A stretch of DNA of 64,000 nucleotides, taken from positions 4,354 to 68,353 of IMG/VR virus record IMGVR_UViG_3300028430_000572. One strand, written 5' to 3'. Below are positions 1 to 9,930 of this stretch, piece after piece. This DNA is from a virus. The notes beneath the pieces were generated by a model. It made no database searches and was not told the origin of the DNA. It saw only the letters and a program-made list of their open reading frames with translations. Position 1 is the stretch's first letter. The number at the start of each line of letters is the position of its first letter. The position numbers and the translations under genes are program-made.

Positions 1-100
1 CGGGCGACCCGAGCGACATATCTCGTGAAAGGTAAGTCGTCGAAATGACTGTGCCCGTTCCGCCTGATCGACGAACGAACTTGTAGATGCCGTTCATTGT

Positions 101-3100
101 TTATCGTCCTTCGATCGTGTTCGTAAGCCCGTCGATGTTTGCTCGCTTGAGTCGCTGGTCGATGTTCTCAACGCGACTGGCGACTTCGCTGAGTTTGTCG
201 GCAACTTTCGTGAATGTCGATTGTACCGTCTCGGCCAAATTCGCGTTGGCGTTTGCAAGACGATCGGAAGCGGACGACAGCGACGAGGCCGCCGTATCGA
301 TCGCCACGGCTGGCGACGATCGCCCGGGTTGCGTTCCTGCGCCCGACTCCGGCAAGTCCAGCGGCTTCGTGCTAATAAGTCCCCCGGACGATCCACGGAT
401 GATCCGCGATCCGGCGGGAGATCGAGTGTTGGCAATCGCAATCTGTTCCTCGATCGTGCGAGCACGCTGGCCGATCCTGTCCGCAGCGCCAGTGTTACCG
501 AGTCGCCGCTGGCGTTCTTCGGCTGCACGCAACGATCCCGCTTCGCCGACGCGAGCATTCGCCCGCGTTTCGCGTTCTTGCTTCTGTCGCGCCTCTCGCT
601 CTGCGGCGACACGGCGCTGCCGCTCGGCGTTGTACTCTTCGGCGATGATTCGCTCGCGGGAGTTGAGTTCTCCGATTTCTTCGTCGATACGGATTCGTTC
701 TTCTTGCGAACGCGCGCGACGGCGAGCCTGCACAAGCAAGCGACGTTCGGCGGTCAAGAGTTCTTGCGTCGTCTGTCCGAGTTGATCGAATGCTTGATTA
801 CCGGCAGCACCCTGAAACGCAGCACGCGCCGGTTGCCTTGCCGTTGCTGCGGATCGAACACCGAGGATGTCAGACAACGCAACGCGAGTGGCGGATACGC
901 CAGCAAGCGGATCGCGAGTTACCGCGATTGCGTCGCGGACGTTTTCGCGGGCCGTCGTTGCGATGTCGCGGACTTCGCGTGCTTGGATCTGGTCGAGCCT
1001 GACCGATCGCTCTTTAGCGTTGTTGATTTGATTGAGCGTGTCGAGAATATCGCGGCGCAGTCGCCTTTCAAGTTCGAGATTGCCTTGAGCAGCAGCGCGA
1101 GCGGCTTCTCCGGCGAGACGATCGACTTCGGCGATTCGCTCGCGGTCTTGCTTGGCTTCTTCGTTGCGACGCTTTTCGGCTTTGCCCGCTTCCGATGCCT
1201 CGAACTCGGCGCGTTGCACGCCTTCGATTTCGCTACGAAATCGGTCGTTCGCTGCTGCGATTGCGGCATTGATTTGCTCTTCGCTTCGCTTGCCTCGCTG
1301 TTCTTCGATTTGAGCGAGTCGCTCGATCCTTGATTGTTCGATTTCGGCTCGCTGCGCTGCGGAACTCGATCCTTCGCCACCGGCTCGCAATGCGGCGATT
1401 CTGTCGGATGCGATTGACGCGGCGAAGCGTCGGTCTTCTTCGCGACGCTTGCGGTTCTCTTCGTCGATTTGCTTTTTGCGTTCTTCGGACGCTTCTGCGT
1501 CGGCCTTGAGTTTTGCGTCCTTCGCGTCTTCGATCGCTTCGATCTCTGCGGCGTAGTTGGCTTGGATGGTTGCGAGTTTGGCTGCTCGAATTTCACGGTC
1601 TTTCTCCTTGTTTGCGTCGGCGATTTCTTGAATGAGCCGAGCCTCGGCCTCAAGTCTCGCTGCGGCTGTTTCGTCATCATACCGACGCTCGTTCGCCGCA
1701 CGCTCAAGCAATCCCTGAATTTGGATTTGCGTGCGGGCAGCCTGCTCCCGTTCGGCGCGGTTGCGTTCGATATCGGCAACGCCCCGATTGAAGTCGTCGA
1801 TAGCAGACTGACGGCGACTGGACGCGGCAGATGAGTTGGGGTCGAGTTGCCCTTCGGAGATTTGCTGTGCGATCTTCGCGAGTTCTTCTCGTCGCTTGAT
1901 CGTAAGTTCAAGCAACGCCGCTTCGTCTTCGTTGCCTTTGCGGCGAGCGTCGCGTATCTTGCGTTCGAGTTCCTCAAAGCCTTCGACGCGAGCACGATTG
2001 AATGCGTCGATTGAATTCAGTTCCGCTTCGCGGGCAGCGCCAGTGAAATCAGAATCACCGAGCCGCCCTTCTGACGATTGCTGAAACAAGATTCGGGGAT
2101 TAAATGCAATCGCCGCTCCGGTTGTTACCGCATTGAAAATGTCGCCAAGGCTTGTGCTGGTGCCGGTAACGGCACGAATAGCCGAGTTCGCTCCGCGAGT
2201 GATTGCGTCAAACGCTTTGGCAGCAGGATCAACAATTGCATTGAGCGAACCCGCGAGGCCCTCAAGTGCCGAGTTGAGCCCCGTTCCGCGACGCGAGCCG
2301 GCAACACCGAGCGACTCGCCAAGCGATCGGAACGATGCCGCAAGCCGATTTGTTTCTGTGAACGACTGACCATAAACTGCGCGAGCCTCTGCGAGTTGTC
2401 GCGTGAGCGTTCTAACGCCGATCGCGGCAACGCCGAGCACCGCTCCGCCAATGCCGAACAATCGAAAGAATGCGGACAGTCGGGTGCCTTGCGCCGTCGC
2501 CGATTGTCCAAGAACGCCGATGGCTTCGCTCTGCTCTCGCACGGCGCGAGTTGTTTGCTGGATCGTCGATGCGTTGCCAGACGATCCGGCAGCGTCACGC
2601 AATGATCGTCCGCCAAGCGCGCCTTGCTCGGCTTGCTGGATAAGAAACAAGTCGCGGCGACTCAGCGACGATCCGGCGACTCCGAGTTGCGAAGAAATAG
2701 CGCCGCCGCGAGTCGAACCAAAGTCGTCGATTGACAAAGCATCTTCGCGACTCAGAAATCGACCAGTGCGACGATTGACGGGGCGACCGCCTCTGTCCTC
2801 GATGTCCTCAAAGAGAACATTAAATCGCCCGGTGCTGGGATTTCGCGGACGCGATGCGTTTGCAATGCGAGAAGCGGCGGCCTCAGCCTTGCCAGCGTCT
2901 TGCTGCAACTGTCTGACCGCGTTCGAGATTTGATTCGTCGATGCGGTAGCGTTCTGCGCGACAGACTGGAACGCCTGTGATGCTGCACGAAGCGAGTTCG
3001 CAACAGAAGCAAATGCGGACTTAGCCGTCGTATCGACGCTCGAAACATCGCGCGTCACCCTGTCCGTTGTTTCACGGACGGTCTTTCGCAATCCTTCGCT

Positions 3101-3163
3101 GCTGACGACCGCCTGCCGCGTGTCGGCGGTAAACCTGACATTGATTGATCCGATTTGCGACAC
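101..3163 (-). CDS. Tail tape measure protein
   Basis: 1020 aa, Ala/Arg/Glu-rich helical protein with a TMP-type N-terminus (MSQIGSINVRFTADT); lies directly downstream of the tail tube and chaperone genes. Confidence 0.8.
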   Translation of the reverse strand: MSQIGSINVRFTADTRQAVVSSEGLRKTVRETTDRVTRDVSSVDTTAKSAFASVANSLRAASQAFQSVAQNATASTNQISNAVRQLQQDAGKAEAAASRIANASRPRNPSTGRFNVLFEDIEDRGGRPVNRRTGRFLSREDALSIDDFGSTRGGAISSQLGVAGSSLSRRDLFLIQQAEQGALGGRSLRDAAGSSGNASTIQQTTRAVREQSEAIGVLGQSATAQGTRLSAFFRLFGIGGAVLGVAAIGVRTLTRQLAEARAVYGQSFTETNRLAASFRSLGESLGVAGSRRGTGLNSALEGLAGSLNAIVDPAAKAFDAITRGANSAIRAVTGTSTSLGDIFNAVTTGAAIAFNPRILFQQSSEGRLGDSDFTGAAREAELNSIDAFNRARVEGFEELERKIRDARRKGNEDEAALLELTIKRREELAKIAQQISEGQLDPNSSAASSRRQSAIDDFNRGVADIERNRAEREQAARTQIQIQGLLERAANERRYDDETAAARLEAEARLIQEIADANKEKDREIRAAKLATIQANYAAEIEAIEDAKDAKLKADAEASEERKKQIDEENRKRREEDRRFAASIASDRIAALRAGGEGSSSAAQRAEIEQSRIERLAQIEEQRGKRSEEQINAAIAAANDRFRSEIEGVQRAEFEASEAGKAEKRRNEEAKQDRERIAEVDRLAGEAARAAAQGNLELERRLRRDILDTLNQINNAKERSVRLDQIQAREVRDIATTARENVRDAIAVTRDPLAGVSATRVALSDILGVRSAATARQPARAAFQGAAGNQAFDQLGQTTQELLTAERRLLVQARRRARSQEERIRIDEEIGELNSRERIIAEEYNAERQRRVAAEREARQKQERETRANARVGEAGSLRAAEERQRRLGNTGAADRIGQRARTIEEQIAIANTRSPAGSRIIRGSSGGLISTKPLDLPESGAGTQPGRSSPAVAIDTAASSLSSASDRLANANANLAETVQSTFTKVADKLSEVASRVENIDQRLKRANIDGLTNTIEGR

Positions 3164-3213
3164 GATGATGCTCCCGATTTCGTGGCGAAATCGGCGGGGT
3201 CTTGTATCTTACG

Positions 3214-3465
3214 TCACAACGTCGCATGACCCAAGAATTTGTCTTGATCTTCGAGCGACATCGATCGGAGATCGACTGCGCCCGGGGAGCGAGCCATTGA
3301 TTCGAGTGCTGCCGACGCTTCGGATTCTGTGAGTTGTTCTGCCCCGAACGATCGCGCTGACTTGCGGGATGGCCTGTGAAAGTCGGCGTGCTGATCCGCC
3401 ATGATGATGAGCCATCTCATCGGCAGTTCCGCGAGTTCGCTCGGCGTGCGAGCAAGACGCAGCAC
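3214..3465 (-). CDS. Tail assembly chaperone, C-terminal (GT-like) part, probably made by -1 frameshift
   Basis: Lies between the chaperone gene and the TMP gene; its open frame extends up to about 3542 in the -1 frame of the upstream gene. Confidence 0.55.
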   Translation of the reverse strand: MLRLARTPSELAELPMRWLIIMADQHADFHRPSRKSARSFGAEQLTESEASAALESMARSPGAVDLRSMSLEDQDKFLGHATL

Positions 3466-3512
3466 TTGATTTGCAACGTACGCGATTTGCGCCCAGTCCG
3501 TTCGCTTGCTCT

Positions 3513-3959
3513 TTACTGAACGGGCTGGGCGTGAGTAGGGTTAATCGCGTCCTCAACGACCGCTTGGATCGCGGCGAAGTTGCAAAGCGGCATGGCCTCT
3601 TGGATTTCCTCTGACGTAACGGAATCGGTGTGCGTGCTGATGAGCACTGCGAGAATATCGCAGAGTTGGCGAATCGAAAGCAAGAAACGATCCTGCCCCG
3701 AATCGATGGCGGCTTTCGACTCTTGCTCGTGCCGGTCAAGAATCGGCTTGAGCCTGACGTATTGCCCGACAGTGACAGGCCGCACTCGGAGTTGCCTTCC
3801 GGCGATTTCAAGCGGGATCGGCGTATCGAGACAAAGCACTTGCGCCAAGGTAATCTCTCGCCCAAGTTCGCTGACGTTGCCAGCGGCAATCTTGTCGGCG
3901 AGTTCTTTGAGTTTGGCAGCCTGCGCCGGGTCGTTTCGATTGATGAGCATCGCGGGCAT
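3513..3959 (-). CDS. Tail assembly chaperone (G-like)
   Basis: Position between tail tube and TMP; GGAG RBS before ATG 3959; motif IAGRQLRVRPVTVGQY is typical of tail chaperones. Confidence 0.65.
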   Translation of the reverse strand: MPAMLINRNDPAQAAKLKELADKIAAGNVSELGREITLAQVLCLDTPIPLEIAGRQLRVRPVTVGQYVRLKPILDRHEQESKAAIDSGQDRFLLSIRQLCDILAVLISTHTDSVTSEEIQEAMPLCNFAAIQAVVEDAINPTHAQPVQ

Positions 3960-3973
3960 TGTCTGGCTCCGTG

Positions 3974-4006
3974 AAAGCCCCGTATCGGCATGACTCGATA
4001 CGGGGC
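3974..4006 (-). terminator. Hairpin after the major tail gene (weak terminator or attenuator)
   Basis: GCCCCGTATCG-N8-CGATACGGGGC followed by a short TTT on the minus strand. Confidence 0.5.
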
Positions 4007-4045
4007 GAGTGGGGACATTCTTGCCGAGTCGATTTCGACACGAAA

Positions 4046-4588
4046 TCAATCGACAAGCGTGATTCGTGCGTACTGCTGGCCGACCGTCTTGCTTTCGTCG
4101 GCCTGAGCCGTGAAGTTGACGGGGTAGGTAATGAACTCTTCTTCGGCAAAGTTCAGCGTCACTTCGCCGCCGACGATCGACTTGAAGACTTCGATTTGGA
4201 TGATCTTGCCGTCGGATCGCGTGTGCTCAAAGAGTACGTTGTACTCGGTGATAACGCGACCGCCGCCGAACGTGATGCGGTTGTTCGTGCCGGGAGTGGC
4301 GTTGCTGAGCGTGCTCGGGATCAGCCTGTTGAGTGTCGCGATGTTAACTTCCGCCGCCGTTACGTTCATGGAAAACGTATCGCGGAAAACAAGTTGCTTG
4401 ATGAGCACGCCGCCCGACTCGAAATTGCGGAGTTCGCGGTTGTACGAAATGCCGCAACCCTTGATGTATCCGATGTCGGCGAACGCAGCGGGCGGGCTGC
4501 CCAGCGGGAGTGCTCGAATGCCGAGGATACCGAGGCCGAGAAGAATCGCGCTCGGAGTCTTGACTGACGTAATCGTGTTGACTGCCAT
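4046..4588 (-). CDS. Major tail (tube) protein
   Basis: 180 aa from ATG 4588; beta-rich with DIGYIKG and ITYPVNFTA motifs typical of siphovirus tube proteins; synteny. Confidence 0.75.
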   Translation of the reverse strand: MAVNTITSVKTPSAILLGLGILGIRALPLGSPPAAFADIGYIKGCGISYNRELRNFESGGVLIKQLVFRDTFSMNVTAAEVNIATLNRLIPSTLSNATPGTNNRITFGGGRVITEYNVLFEHTRSDGKIIQIEVFKSIVGGEVTLNFAEEEFITYPVNFTAQADESKTVGQQYARITLVD

Positions 4589-4646
4589 TTGTGCCCTTTC
4601 GGTCAAGTTCGCGTCTGCGCGGGCCTGTGGTTCTAACAGTAGGCAA

Positions 4647-5066
4647 TCAAACGTCAACAATCACAACGTCGAGTCGGATGATCGATTCCCAAAGGTTGTT
4701 CGTCGGCGATATCGAGTCAACGCCTGCCGCGGTCGAAACTCGTACGAATCGAACGGCGGGATTTGTTACCGCCCAGTTCTTTGACTTCGATCGATCCATT
4801 GCGCCGACGACCGAATAGTGCGATTTGTGTGCGTCGTCCCGAGTGCCGGACTTGATGCAACGAAGCGTCAACTGAACGCGAGACGAAAACTCGTCTTCGG
4901 GATTGGCGGTCGAGCCCGGGTCAATAAACACGCCTTGTCCAACGGGAGCGGATTGCAGTCCGCCAGAAAACACGACCGGCGATCCAAAATTCGCTCGCAC
5001 TTGCGAATCGCCCTTGAGGATTGCGACTACCCACATCCTGACATTGGCAACGATGTCGGCCATCAC
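4647..5066 (-). CDS. Putative tail terminator/completion protein
   Basis: 139 aa; position immediately upstream of the tail tube gene. Confidence 0.5.
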   Translation of the reverse strand: MMADIVANVRMWVVAILKGDSQVRANFGSPVVFSGGLQSAPVGQGVFIDPGSTANPEDEFSSRVQLTLRCIKSGTRDDAHKSHYSVVGAMDRSKSKNWAVTNPAVRFVRVSTAAGVDSISPTNNLWESIIRLDVVIVDV

Positions 5067-5626
5067 AATCCTCCCGTTCGAGCAAGTTCTTTGACGCGAG
5101 TAACAAAGATAGGCGTAGTCGATCGGAACGCGGGAACAAGAAACGGTCGAGGGGCAATACCGAAGTTGGCGATCTTGCGAGAAACAAGAAACGCGACAGA
5201 TCGAACATCGTCGCGAGTCGGCTTACGTGCTCGCCCCGACCGCGTTCTTCCGCTCGGCGCAAAGTCGCGATACTTGCGACGGACCCACGACTCGATAGCG
5301 CCGACGTTGGGCCATGCCGCAGTTGCCGCGAGCGGCGAAGCGTTTACGCCGGGCGGAGAAACAATCAGTCCACGACGACCGAACTCTACCCACGGGGCAT
5401 GACGCGAAGATGCAAAGACGGTCCCTTCGATGCCTTGCGAAGTTCGGCGAATCGAATAGTCGATAGACGCTCGCAGGAGTCCCGTGTCGATAGCACCATT
5501 ACCAAGAATGTTCTGCTTCGCAGTCGATGCGCACGCGATGCACGCTTCTTCGACTGCGGCGTAGATGCCGCGTTCAATGCGAGCAACGGCTTGAGCGATG
5601 CGTTGGGATGGATCGTTGTTTGCCAC
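5063..5626 (-). CDS. HK97 gp10-like neck/tail-completion protein
   Basis: Motifs IDTGLLRASI, HAPWVEFG and PRPFLVPA are characteristic of this family. Confidence 0.8.
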   Translation of the reverse strand: MANNDPSQRIAQAVARIERGIYAAVEEACIACASTAKQNILGNGAIDTGLLRASIDYSIRRTSQGIEGTVFASSRHAPWVEFGRRGLIVSPPGVNASPLAATAAWPNVGAIESWVRRKYRDFAPSGRTRSGRARKPTRDDVRSVAFLVSRKIANFGIAPRPFLVPAFRSTTPIFVTRVKELARTGGL

Positions 5627-5640
5627 GCATTATCGTAGCG

Positions 5641-5985
5641 TTATCCAACGGCAGTCACGAGATACGTTGCGTGATCGGCGCGACCAGAGATCGCGTAATA
5701 CACTTCTGCTGATCGAACCATGAATCGCTTATCTGTGCCGCCGTTGGCGATCGTTACAAAATCGCCAACGGCTCCCGTCAAAAACGATTCGCTAATCAGC
5801 CTCGTTGCAACTGACTTAATGCCGTTCTCATCTCGAAACGATGCCGACTGGCTATCGATCGAACAAAGTACCGAAGCAGGAAACCCCGGCGCGTTCGTTT
5901 GAACGCGATCGCCGTAAGCATCGGTGGCGGTTAGCGAAAACCGCTCCCAAGTAACTGACGATTGCGATGATCCGGGGAAGGACAT
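5641..5985 (-). CDS. Putative head-closure (stopper) protein
   Basis: 114 aa, beta-rich, N-terminal DAYGD motif; synteny with neck genes. Confidence 0.55.
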   Translation of the reverse strand: MSFPGSSQSSVTWERFSLTATDAYGDRVQTNAPGFPASVLCSIDSQSASFRDENGIKSVATRLISESFLTGAVGDFVTIANGGTDKRFMVRSAEVYYAISGRADHATYLVTAVG

Positions 5986-5988
5986 GTG

Positions 5989-6585
5989 TTACCTCACGCC
6001 GGTAGCGCCGCGACGCTCTCGGATTGCTTGCAGTTTCATCGAAACAACGTTAGCCGCGTTCAAGTCGAGATCATCACGATCGCCGTACTTGCGGACATCT
6101 TGGGCGATCATCGTCAACCAGATGTTGAGAACTTCGATTGTGTTCGACGCGGACGGCGACATCCTCGCGATGTATCGACGTTGCCCGCCGACAATAACGG
6201 GCTCGGCCTCGGGCTTGTCGGGATCGCCGGAAGTGCGGGGCAAAACGGGCTCACCCTCGATAAATCGCCAGCCGTCGAGATAGTTCTGTGCGAATCCGTC
6301 AACTCCGACTCCCGGGCCGACGTTGTAACTGATCGCAATCGGCGCAACGCGAGTGCCGCACGGGCTGAGCATTCGTACGAAAGGCTGGCCGTTGGAAATA
6401 GAGTCGAACGGTTCAACCTTGAACTCGCTTTGATTTCGTGGCGAAATCGTTTGATCGTTCGCGGTCGGTTCGGCGATCGCTTCTCGCCTCGGCTTGTTCG
6501 CCGGGCGAGGAATCTTGGGCGGCGACGCGATCCTGCTCGGGGCGGTCGGCAATTTGAAACGCTTGTCATTCTGCGATGCGGTCAT
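5989..6585 (-). CDS. Hypothetical protein
   Basis: 198-aa ORF with AGGAG RBS, packed tightly in the operon. Confidence 0.6.
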   Translation of the reverse strand: MTASQNDKRFKLPTAPSRIASPPKIPRPANKPRREAIAEPTANDQTISPRNQSEFKVEPFDSISNGQPFVRMLSPCGTRVAPIAISYNVGPGVGVDGFAQNYLDGWRFIEGEPVLPRTSGDPDKPEAEPVIVGGQRRYIARMSPSASNTIEVLNIWLTMIAQDVRKYGDRDDLDLNAANVVSMKLQAIRERRGATGVR

Positions 6586-6587
6586 GC

Positions 6588-7424
6588 TTACTTTCTCCTT
6601 GTGCGGGTCTTTGTGATCGATCGCAACGGCATCTCGTTCAAGAGATCATAGGGGTCGCCCTTGCGAATGTCGGGCACTTTGGAATCAATCGACAAGTTCA
6701 ACATATCGATCCCGAGTTCGCGCGCCTGCTTGTAAGCGTGAGAATACCCCGCGAGCATCATTTGGCCTTGCGGGTAGTTGCGGTGCTTCTCGTCTTGATA
6801 CCGCACGCCCCATGCGTGCGTCCGACCGCCGATAGTCGTCAGGTCGTGCCCGAGCAACGCAATCGAATCTACGCCAGCCCACATCGCCATTTGCGCGCCG
6901 AAGCATCCCGACGACTCGCCGTGGAAGCCGATGCCGGGCGTATATGGGGGATTGGCGTCTGCTGTCGCGTGCATCGCAACGGCAGCGGGCATGTAGTCGA
7001 TATCTTCATGCTCAGGATCAAAGGCAAGGCAAAGCACGGCATTCTTTGAGCGAACGTAGCCTTTGATTTCGTCACGAAATTGCTGCCAAAAAGGTTCATC
7101 GAGTACGACGTGGTAATGCACGTTGCGAACCAACTTGATCGAGTCGCACTTCCATGCTGCGTTGCAGGTGATGATAAGCGGGTCGTTTCGCCTGACCCAT
7201 ACCGAAACAAAGTCCGGGCATAGATCAGACGCAGACGGGCCATTTGCAACGCAAAGCGCGCTGCCGCCTCGATTCATCGCAAGCAACGTCGATAAGTGCT
7301 CGCTTCGACGATCGGGGAACGGATCAACTCGCCATCCTTCGGACTTGAGTCGATCAAGTGAAGCAATCGGGCAAGTTACCCTGCGATTGTCTGGCGAGAG
7401 AAGCCGTATGCCGGGATCGTTCAT
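6588..7424 (-). CDS. DUF115/Maf-like (sialyltransferase-like) glycosyltransferase-fold protein
   Basis: Motif pattern CVANGPS ... IITCN ... SSGCFGAQMAMWAGVDSIALLGHD ... NLS. Confidence 0.6.
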   Translation of the reverse strand: MNDPGIRLLSPDNRRVTCPIASLDRLKSEGWRVDPFPDRRSEHLSTLLAMNRGGSALCVANGPSASDLCPDFVSVWVRRNDPLIITCNAAWKCDSIKLVRNVHYHVVLDEPFWQQFRDEIKGYVRSKNAVLCLAFDPEHEDIDYMPAAVAMHATADANPPYTPGIGFHGESSGCFGAQMAMWAGVDSIALLGHDLTTIGGRTHAWGVRYQDEKHRNYPQGQMMLAGYSHAYKQARELGIDMLNLSIDSKVPDIRKGDPYDLLNEMPLRSITKTRTRRK

Positions 7425-7441
7425 GGTGTAATGCTATCCCC

Positions 7442-7478
7442 AAAAACAACGAGCCCCGGGCACAATGCCCGGGGCTCG
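7442..7478 (-). terminator. Intrinsic terminator after the major capsid gene
   Basis: 13-bp perfect stem CGAGCCCCGGGCA/TGCCCGGGGCTCG followed by TTGTTTTT on the minus strand. Confidence 0.8.
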
Positions 7479-7517
7479 GACCCGCCGATCGCGGACGAAT
7501 CCGCGTCAGACTTCGGA

Positions 7518-8414
7518 TTACGCCGCGAGGATGGTCGAGGGCAGGACGAACGCGAGGGCCGCGTCGAGCGTCTTGACACCCCAAACCGTGTCCACGACAG
7601 CGGTGTTGCGGAGTTTGTTGATGTCGTAGCCGGTCGTAAACCGGATGCTCAAGCCAGCATCCGGCTCATTGCGAACGATCTGCGTCACGCCGTTCGCGTT
7701 CGTCACCGGGAGCGGACGAACTGCGAGCGTAATCGCGTTGCGGTGCAATGCCATGTTGCGGCGCTGGGCGGGCGAGCCGACGCTCGCAACATTCGACGAA
7801 CGGGTTTGCTGGAAGCCCTTGATACGAGTAATCGCGCCGCCGGTCACACCAGCGGTCGGAGTCTCGTTCGATCGCTCGAACTGCGCGATGCCAGCCAGCG
7901 CACCCTCGTCGTCGTCGGACAGCACGAGGTAGCGATTGTCTTCCGGCACGAGGTTCTTGTTGAGCCGCGTCCGCGCGTTGTTGATCGCCGTCTTGAGTCC
8001 ACCGGCAGAAGCCGAAGACGCAAGAGCGGTAAAGTCAACGTAGCGGGCGAGGATCGAAGTGTCCACGGCCTTGGCGATCGCGAGCATCGCGGGGTCCATG
8101 TAGAGTTCGATGAGTTGGTTGATGGACTTGGACTGCTCAACATCGAACACATCGAAGGCAACGTGCTCGTGGTTGTTGAGGACGATCGGGATGTTCGTCG
8201 CCGTTGCATCCTGACGCACGATGTCATTGCCCATCGTAAGCGGATTGCTGACGAACTTGCCGGGCTTTCGCGTGTTGACAGTATCGCCGGGATTGGCGAA
8301 GTCGGGCTCAAAGTCCCGGTTGATGAGCCCCGGCATCACGCACTTCTCGCGAAGAATCGCGACCATGATGCGGCTCCAAGTCGTCGGGTTGAACGGGGTA
8401 AAACTGTTCGGCAT
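7518..8414 (-). CDS. Major capsid protein (P22 coat-like, HK97 fold)
   Basis: 298 aa; INRDFEPDFANPGDTVNTRKP, VPEDNRYLV and DTVWGVKTL motifs; follows the scaffold gene; AGGAG RBS; strong downstream terminator. Confidence 0.85.
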   Translation of the reverse strand: MPNSFTPFNPTTWSRIMVAILREKCVMPGLINRDFEPDFANPGDTVNTRKPGKFVSNPLTMGNDIVRQDATATNIPIVLNNHEHVAFDVFDVEQSKSINQLIELYMDPAMLAIAKAVDTSILARYVDFTALASSASAGGLKTAINNARTRLNKNLVPEDNRYLVLSDDDEGALAGIAQFERSNETPTAGVTGGAITRIKGFQQTRSSNVASVGSPAQRRNMALHRNAITLAVRPLPVTNANGVTQIVRNEPDAGLSIRFTTGYDINKLRNTAVVDTVWGVKTLDAALAFVLPSTILAA

Positions 8415-8474
8415 TGCTGATACTCCTGCTGCGGTGTTCTTGCGTTACCCGACGTTCACGCGAAAGCCGGGCGA

Positions 8475-9308
8475 TTACTTGTTGAACGCGCGGTGCTTGA
8501 TGCCAAGCGCTGCGCCAAACTGCTTGTCATCGAGGCGGTCGAGTTCTTCCGCCTTCATCTTGCTTGCGTCACGCGCCGATCCCGAGCCCGATCCCTGCGA
8601 AGGCTTGACAGTTTGCAGGTACGGGCGACTGGCAATGAACGTTTCGACAAGTCGCTGCGACGTGAGATCGGCGGTCGGCCTGTCGGGGTCTTGCGGAGCA
8701 CTGCCGTCGGGATTGGGGCGAACAACGATCTTGCCCTTGTCATCGACATCGAGAGACGCAGCGATCGAAGAGAGGAAGTCGGAAACGGGGAACGCGGTGA
8801 TTTGCTCCCACGCATTGCGAACAAACGAGTGGATTAGCAACTCGTTTCGGGAACGCTTCGCGGCCTCGGCTTCCGCCTTTGCTTCGGCGACCGTCTTCTC
8901 GGTCGTCTGGCGAAGTTTGTTGAGTTGCTCGTTGAGTACCGTAATCTCGCTCTGCTCGCGCTGGCGACGGGCCTCGGCCTCTTTCGCTTGATTGCGGAGC
9001 GCTTCGAGTTCCTCGGGGTTCGCCGATGTCTGCTTGAGCGATTCGATTTGCTTCTTGAGATCGGCGATTTCGCGACGACGTGCAGCCGACTCGGCGTTCA
9101 CATCGCTGAGTCGCTTCTTGAGCGAATCAACACTCTCATCATCGCCGCCGCCCGAATTGTCGTCGGGCGAAAATCGGATACGATCAAGCATCGATCCGTA
9201 AGCGAACAGAAACGCGGGAACATTGCCATTCTGGCGGGTCATACCGAAACTCCGATTACTTTGCGAACGAACTAGCCGTCGTTCAAGGCGAGCCTCGCGG
9301 CTCAACAT
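8475..9308 (-). CDS. Capsid scaffolding protein
   Basis: Coiled coil with VNAESAARRRE and a C-terminal SQGSGSGS; directly upstream of the capsid gene. Start uncertain. Confidence 0.7.
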   Translation of the reverse strand: MLSREARLERRLVRSQSNRSFGMTRQNGNVPAFLFAYGSMLDRIRFSPDDNSGGGDDESVDSLKKRLSDVNAESAARRREIADLKKQIESLKQTSANPEELEALRNQAKEAEARRQREQSEITVLNEQLNKLRQTTEKTVAEAKAEAEAAKRSRNELLIHSFVRNAWEQITAFPVSDFLSSIAASLDVDDKGKIVVRPNPDGSAPQDPDRPTADLTSQRLVETFIASRPYLQTVKPSQGSGSGSARDASKMKAEELDRLDDKQFGAALGIKHRAFNK

Positions 9309-9358
9309 GGCGCATCACACGCCGACAGTCTTGAGACTGGCTCGGGCAGACCGAGCAT

Positions 9359-9407
9359 GAGATAGTGTAGGCACTATTTAGATGTCAAATCAATTTCGCC
9401 ACGAAAT
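9359..9407 (-). promoter_or_regulatory. Putative sigma70-type promoter of the scaffold/capsid operon abutting a palindrome
   Basis: Minus strand reads CGAAATTGATTTGACA (perfect TTGACA at 9388-9383), then AT-rich sequence with TACACT/TATCTC candidates and an ATAGTG-TAGG-CACTAT inverted repeat. Confidence 0.45.
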
Positions 9408-9922
9408 CATCTTCGCAAGTTCGGTACTGCTGTCATTCCACCGCGACCGCCAAAAAGCAATCCAGCGTTCGCAAGGATTCGAGATGCCGCTGACGATCCG
9501 ACTTGATCCGCCGATGCCCCCGAAAGCGTCGCGGACTTTTGGCCGAACGAAAACGATTGGATGCCTTGTGCTGCCGCTGCTTCCGCTTCGCTCGGCGATG
9601 TGAGCATTCGACACGCTTCGGCGACTTGTGCTTGCTTGACGACATCGGGGATGTTGTCGTTGGCCCAAGTAAGTCCCGTGCCGAGTCGAGGAAACGCGAG
9701 TCGCTGGTCGGGGTCTTTCGGCGTGCCGATAAACGCAAACGCGGACACTGAATCAGCCGCGAACTTGAGTGCCGCCTCTCGCGTGTCATTGTTTGCGGAG
9801 TTCCACGCCGTAGCGCTTACGCGAAGATGAGAGATCGAAGAGAGAATCGAAGCGATGATCGTTGCTTCGGCAACTGAAACAAACGAATCGGCGAGCGGGT
9901 CTGGCGGGAGCGTAAGTGGCAT
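9407..9922 (-). CDS. Head-tail connector protein (DnaT-like phage family)
   Basis: Signature DSFVSVAEA ... FIGTPKDPDQRLAFPR ... IPDVVKQAQVAEA. Confidence 0.75.
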   Translation of the reverse strand: MPLTLPPDPLADSFVSVAEATIIASILSSISHLRVSATAWNSANNDTREAALKFAADSVSAFAFIGTPKDPDQRLAFPRLGTGLTWANDNIPDVVKQAQVAEACRMLTSPSEAEAAAAQGIQSFSFGQKSATLSGASADQVGSSAASRILANAGLLFGGRGGMTAVPNLRR

Positions 9923-9930
9923 GAGCGATA

